A DNA stretch of 59,489 nucleotides from Phoronis australis (lineage: Eukaryota; Animalia; Phoronida), in contig NMRA01000326.1 in NCBI GenBank assembly GCA_002633005.1, forward strand, positions 153,892 to 213,380, read 5' to 3'. Made by a program: the position numbers and the translations under genes. Shown here piece by piece: positions 54,601-59,489 of the stretch. Position 1 is the stretch's first letter. Every line of letters starts with the position of its first letter. The notes below the pieces were generated by a model. That model saw nothing but the letters and a program-made list of their open reading frames with translations. It ran no database searches and was not told the DNA's origin.

Positions 54601-57600
54601 CGTGTCGAAAAGAATGTCAGACAGTCTTCTCTGTTGGCCAGTGTGGATGTAAACCGGCGTTTGATCCTGGTAAATATCTGTTTTTTTCATTTTAGTATGA
54701 CCAAAACACTTGAATCGACTTGCTTATAGAAGTTTACTTCTGCTATTTTGCTGCAGCATTGAGCTGGGTAATGTAAAAACACTCGATCAGCACTGAACTG
54801 CGTTATGAAGAACCTAAACACTTGTGAAGCACTAAGCGGCGTTATGAAGACCCTAAACACATGTGAAGCAGTGAGCTGCGTCATGCAGATTCTTAACACT
54901 TGCGAAGCACTGAGCTCCGTAATACAGATCCTAAACACTCGGGAATAACCTGCGAAAGACGTCAAACATTCTTGACGGACTTGCGACAGGTATTCGTGGT
55001 TCATTGTCAGCTTTCACAAAACCAGTCCACACGACCTGTTATTGGTATCTCAAGTTCTTTTATACCATATGGATACTCGTTAAGAAATGAGTCTGTCTCG
55101 CGACCTATGATTATACAACCGTTCATTGCTCTAAACATGAAAGTTTCAAGACATCTGCTTGTGGAAGATGAATAATGTAAGCGATGTTGCAATCGCATCT
55201 CTTAAACTTCAGCTTAGTGATTGGTGTTTTGGCGATTAGGATGGAGCTTTGGACAGACGGCGCAGTAGATCGGAGTGGCCGTATATCATGTGCGAGATCG
55301 TTAAAATGTTGAACTTTCCTGCGTGTTCAACTGCGGTTTCTCAATGCATTCGCATGAGGTTATCTTGAAACCTTTTCCTCCACCACCTTTACTGAACATC
55401 TCCTGTGGAGGACAAAAACAAAAAGGGCAAGTCAACCTTGGAGGGTAAATCTTGACGACTTTCCCTTAAGAATAGGATTTGGATTTACTCTGGTGTTATC
55501 CGACCGATGTTAGTCTATGTGCGACTGTCTAACATCTCTTGAACAGAACACCATCAGATTAAAATAAACACAATTACTGTGTTTAGCTTGCATGAGTATC
55601 TCCTCAGGTTCTATTTCCAGGAAATCCTATGGCTGCGGTAGAAATGCTATCAGTCTGCAACCCGTGTATATTTATATGGCACCGGTAAAGCTGCAGTTGC
55701 AGCGTATCGAATAAGGAGAAGCGGAGAGTAGCAAGAGCCATGTAATGTGCTGGCTCAACAATGCAGGTGTGGAACTGGAACGGTTTTGGGAATGCCTAAC
55801 AACTTAAATTTTAACCCAATTTCACTACGGATACGGCCGGGAGTTGCTCATGAGGTCATGGATTTCACTTACCAACAGTCCGTCTGTTGCACTGGTGGCT
55901 CTTACTTTGACTGGACAGCCTGGAAGAAGAATTTTCTTTCCTCATCTAACAGACGATGACAAACGGATCTGGAACACAGGGAAAATTGCAACAGTTGAAT
56001 TTTTCACTTTCCATCAAGGTTATCAACTGACTAGAAAGCTCGCGGATAGTCCTTGGTAACAAGGAGCTCTTTATACACGAAGCAGTAAAGATCTAATTAA
56101 GTCCAAATTTGAACTCAAGTTCAACCCGAGCCTGTGTGGATGACCTTAATCATTTAGTAGCTGAAAAACTGGCCACGTCACTTGAGCAAAACCCATTTTG
56201 GCATCGATGGTAATGAAGTGCGCCCATGTAGGTTTTGCAAAAGTGTTCAAGTTATCTGCAGATGCTTGTAGGAAGAACTCTGTCATCTTCCAGTGTACTA
56301 CACAACCGCTGACTGGTATCCTCCACTAAACGACCATTTACTAGTATAATCCAATATACCACAGTGTTCCGTACATTTTAGAAGTGGATTGTTCATTAAC
56401 TGATATTCTCTCGTTTTGTAGGTCCAACTCGCACTTGTATTGGAGAAGAGTACAGATGCTATCGTTTAGCAACCGGTGAGTCAGTTGTCTGCCATGAATA
56501 TCATTTATGTCGTCATTGTTGTTGTTTCGTCGTCGTCGTCAAATTCGGTTTTATCGTTGTTGTTTTTGTTGTTGTTGTTACTATTGTTCTAATCATCGAC
56601 AACTTTCAAAAGGAGCAACATTTGAAAATTCATTTTGAAGTCTGTTAAACGGGCAAGCGTGACCTATGCTTTAGGAAAGTTACACGTGACAACTGTAGGT
56701 GTAGACCACCCATCAATTAGAACCACAATATCCAGTCTGTGACACACAGTTTTTTAGTTGAACTCCTGTTGTTTATCTTTCAACTGGGATGTACGGTGGC
56801 CCAAAGATGACATTGTACGTTTCTTTTTTCATTATCTCGAGATCCCGACTTAATTATCTCACGATCTTAAGATCCCAACTCAATTAACTCGGTATCTCAA
56901 GATTCCGAAATAATTATCTCGGGATCTCAGGATCTCGAGATCCCGAATTAATTATCTCGGTATCTCGATTCTACCAACACAACCTGTTGACAATTACCCA
57001 CCGGTCTCAACTCATTTATCACGCCTCAACAAATTTACGTGTCTGATGTAAATGAGGGCTGTCGCAAATAGAAACTGTATACATGCTCAGGTATTCCTTT
57101 GGTAAAATTATTAGCGTTAGACACTTTCAGCGTTTGTTGTCAAGACTAGGGCTCGCACGTCGAAACAATTATTCAGACATTGATGATGTGATTGGTGTCA
57201 TAGACCGGCAATTTTCGCTGTTACGACAACAATATATTTATAGATTTATGCACCACAAATGTGTCACTAATCGCTTAGTGCTGGAAGGAAAACTGTGCGA
57301 ATTATGCTTTCTACTGTCCACCCAGATGCTGTGGCAATGCGACGCGCCAGAAGAATACGTATAGCGACACACTCGGGAAAATTATCTCGGGATCTCGAGA
57401 TCCTGAGATAATTAAAAAGAAACGCGCGATATCTTTAATAGGGTTGCCAATAATGCATTAACAGGTGACCGAACAAGGGTTAGTTGAAATCAACAAAACA
57501 GGGTTTAGTATAATAATGCTGTACATGTACGATGAACTAACAATGGCGCAGTATTTGCCGACAGTGATATTATACGTGTATATGTATCGTCGTTACCCAC

Positions 57601-58565
57601 TGGATATCTATCTGAAATCAAAGGGAAAAGAGAGGGCTGTTGTTACGAAGGGACACATTTGTCCGTTGACGGGAGGGTCAGCCTTTGTTGCTAAGTTACT
57701 CTCCGTCATTTCTATTACCAGTCGTGGGCCAGAATAGACCAGAGCCGTCTAGCCTCTGCTATGGTACAACCTAGCCATGGAATATCACTGGTGGTACTCA
57801 GCAGCTTTTGTTGGTTTTGGGCTTGAAATCCAGGTGTGGACAGCTCCAACATTTTGTTCCTTAGAGTGTACAGTACCTGAAAATATGAACAGTATACGGG
57901 GACAAAGACTTTAATAACATTGCAGAATGTCCAATGAAAATGGTTCCACAGTAAATTTTCTCACCTTTTACAATTACCGCAAGTGTAGCAAGCTGCTGAA
58001 AATGAGCAAAAATACACGTAACGATTCCTAACGATTCTTAACGATTCCTTACGATTCCTAACGATTCCTAACGATTCCTAACGATTCCTAACAATACCAC
58101 ATCAAAGTCACCATTCGCATACGATTTTTATGAACTACCAAAGCTCTCAAATTTACAGAAAAGTAAATGTCAAAAAGCCAGGTTTTTAACAAATCGAAAA
58201 AGTCCGAAGATTATCTAAATTTCATCTTCTTGCATTTGAATTAACTCCAGTTAAATGTTTGAGTCGTATCTAGCACCCAAAACAATCCTTTAAACATTCA
58301 TCTTCAAAAAGCCCAAGTTAATGAAGAATTTCCATCACCCAAAGGCAGCCTTTAGGTAGACACTATAACATTTGTTCAAATAGACCCATTGACTGTTGTT
58401 TTCAGAAGAATACGCAAAGAATCACAGTATCGAACGGGAGTGCAATTGCCGCCTGCCTTGTCATGAACGTGGTTACGTTTACCAACTTTCTTCCTTAAAG
58501 TTCCCGGCTATTCAGTACGAGGCTTATTTCAAAAACACTCACAATATTTCTCTTCAGTATGCCAG
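51458..58565 (+). CDS. DEG/ENaC (ASIC/FaNaC-like) amiloride-sensitive channel family gene, 5' part; continues beyond the window
   Basis: Six in-phase exons with the pre-TM1 HG motif (SSMHGL), TM1, FPTVTICNLN, FGMCFQFN and a Cys-rich thumb (CRKEC...CGC, CNCRLPC). TM2 is not in the window. Confidence 0.93.
52033..52588 (+). CDS. DEG/ENaC exon 2 (TM1, palm/finger)
   Basis: LLWFALFTASFTWLMIIV...FPTVTICNLNKYRKS...STGFK; |gtaagt. Confidence 0.93.
52798..53210. mobile_element. MITE with ~60-bp imperfect inverted arms
   Basis: ctgctgtttgtgaaattggaat...tctcaagatcgcgta...gtgaacttggaat is mirrored at ~53149-53210. Confidence 0.7.
53281..53379 (+). CDS. DEG/ENaC exon 3
   Basis: IALHRHDEVPFPNQFSFGVSPGQELLVGMTMTE. 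Confidence 0.9.
54498..54669 (+). CDS. DEG/ENaC exon 4
   Basis: VKSLPAPYEDGTC...YKYNSCRKECQTVFSVGQCGCKPAFDP. Confidence 0.9.
54760..54940. repeat. ~39-bp minisatellite
   Basis: gcactgagctgcgttatgaagaccctaaacacttgtgaa units. Confidence 0.8.
56422..56475 (+). CDS. DEG/ENaC exon 5
   Basis: GPTRTCIGEEYRCYRLAT; phase 1-1, tag| and |gtgagt. Confidence 0.85.
56792..57452 (+). mobile_element. Internally deleted IS3EU-like DNA transposon with a transposase fragment
   Basis: TACGG 5' end; inverted subterminal attatctcg(g/a)gatc arrays; ISVRHFQRLLSRLGLARR..YSDIDDV..YRFMH and a frameshifted RKTVRIMLSTVHPDAVAMRRARRIR. Confidence 0.7.
58019..58092. repeat. 10-bp tandem repeat
   Basis: acgattccta x7. 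Confidence 0.93.
58406..58565 (+). CDS. DEG/ENaC exon 6
   Basis: EYAKNHSIERECNCRLPCHERGYVYQLSSLKFP; |gtaaga. Confidence 0.9.
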
Positions 58566-58659
58566 GTAAGAAAACACCGCGAAAGAAAAGTGTAGTAGCT
58601 AGGAACAACGTGACTGGGTGCCAATAGAGCGTATCGCAGCATGAAAGGTAGACAGTGTG

Positions 58660-59385
58660 ATTGATAAAATGGTGTAGAAGGGAAGGAATGTGGATGGTAG
58701 ACGGTGTAGAAGAACTGTGGGAGGTAGACGAAGTAGAAAGGATGTGGGAGATATATAATGTAGAAGGAATTATGCGAGGAAAAACGGTGTACAAGGGATG
58801 TGTGAGAGAGATGGTGTACAAGAGATGTAGGGTAGACGGTGTACAAGGGATGTGGTGGTAGATGGTGTACAAAGGATGTTTGATTAGACGGTGTGCAAGG
58901 GATGTTTGGGTAGACAGTGTACCAAGAATGTGGATGTAGATGGTGTACAAAGGATGTATGGGTAGATAGTGTAAAAAGGATGTGGGCTTAGACGGTGTAC
59001 ACGAGATGTGGGGGTAGACGGTGTACAAGAGATGTATGATAGACGGTGCACAAGGGGTGTGCTGGGTTAGACGGTGTACAAGGGATGTGTGGTAGTACAA
59101 GGCATGTGGTGGTGTACGTTGTATAAGGAATGATTGGGTAGACGGTGTACAAAAGATCAGTGTATAGACGATGTAGAAGGTATGTGGGGTAGACGGTGTA
59201 TAAGAGATGTGGGTGTAGACGGTGCAGAAGGACTGCAGAAGGTTGATAAAGCATAATGGGTGTGGGAGGTAGACAATACAGCTAGGAATGTGGGAGGCAA
59301 AAGATGTAGAAGGAATGTGAGAGGTAGACCATATAGATGGAATGTGACTGGTAGTAGATGGAGGCCTAATGTAGGATGTAGACAC
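58660..59385. repeat. ~30-bp purine-rich minisatellite
   Basis: ggtagacggtgtacaagggatgtg units. Confidence 0.88.
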
Positions 59386-59411
59386 TGTTGGGAGAGAGCG
59401 AAGAGAAGGGA

Positions 59412-59487
59412 AGAGAGAGAGAGAACGTAGGCCTTACAACCAGCCAGAGAGAGAACGTAGGCCTTACAACCAGCCAGAGAGAGAGAG
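59412..59487. repeat. 30-bp tandem repeat at the window end
   Basis: gagagaacgtaggccttacaaccagccaga x2. Confidence 0.8.
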
Positions 59488-59489
59488 GG

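Noticed and set aside
58495-59385. 296-aa minus-strand ORF, the longest in the track
   Set aside because: It is a translation of the ~30-bp purine-rich minisatellite (repeating TPST/HPLY) and lies antisense over a real exon.

Overview
Intron-rich animal genomic DNA, probably a lophotrochozoan such as a mollusc (inferred from the NALCN exon architecture). Bases ~1-47150 hold an apparently complete + strand NALCN sodium leak channel gene. I traced 35 coding exons by hand with GT-AG junctions and consistent phases, ATG 2267 to TAG 44604, ~1760 aa. The domain II pore exon is duplicated as a mutually exclusive pair (TQEGW 11640-11786, TQKGW 12478-12621), giving EEEE or EKEE selectivity filters; this switch is already known. 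Less familiar candidates: a perfect 14-bp inverted repeat between those two exons, an in-frame 51-nt cassette exon adding an N-glycosylation sequon to the domain III turret, a three-exon alternative C-terminus, and many tandem duplications anchored on exon boundaries that create decoy splice sites. Degraded LINE fragments follow (48.1-49.7 kb). From 51458 are the first six exons of a DEG/ENaC (ASIC-like) channel gene that runs off the window end. Introns contain many MITEs, an IS3EU-like remnant and minisatellites. Most ORFs in the supplied track are exon read-throughs or repeat artefacts.
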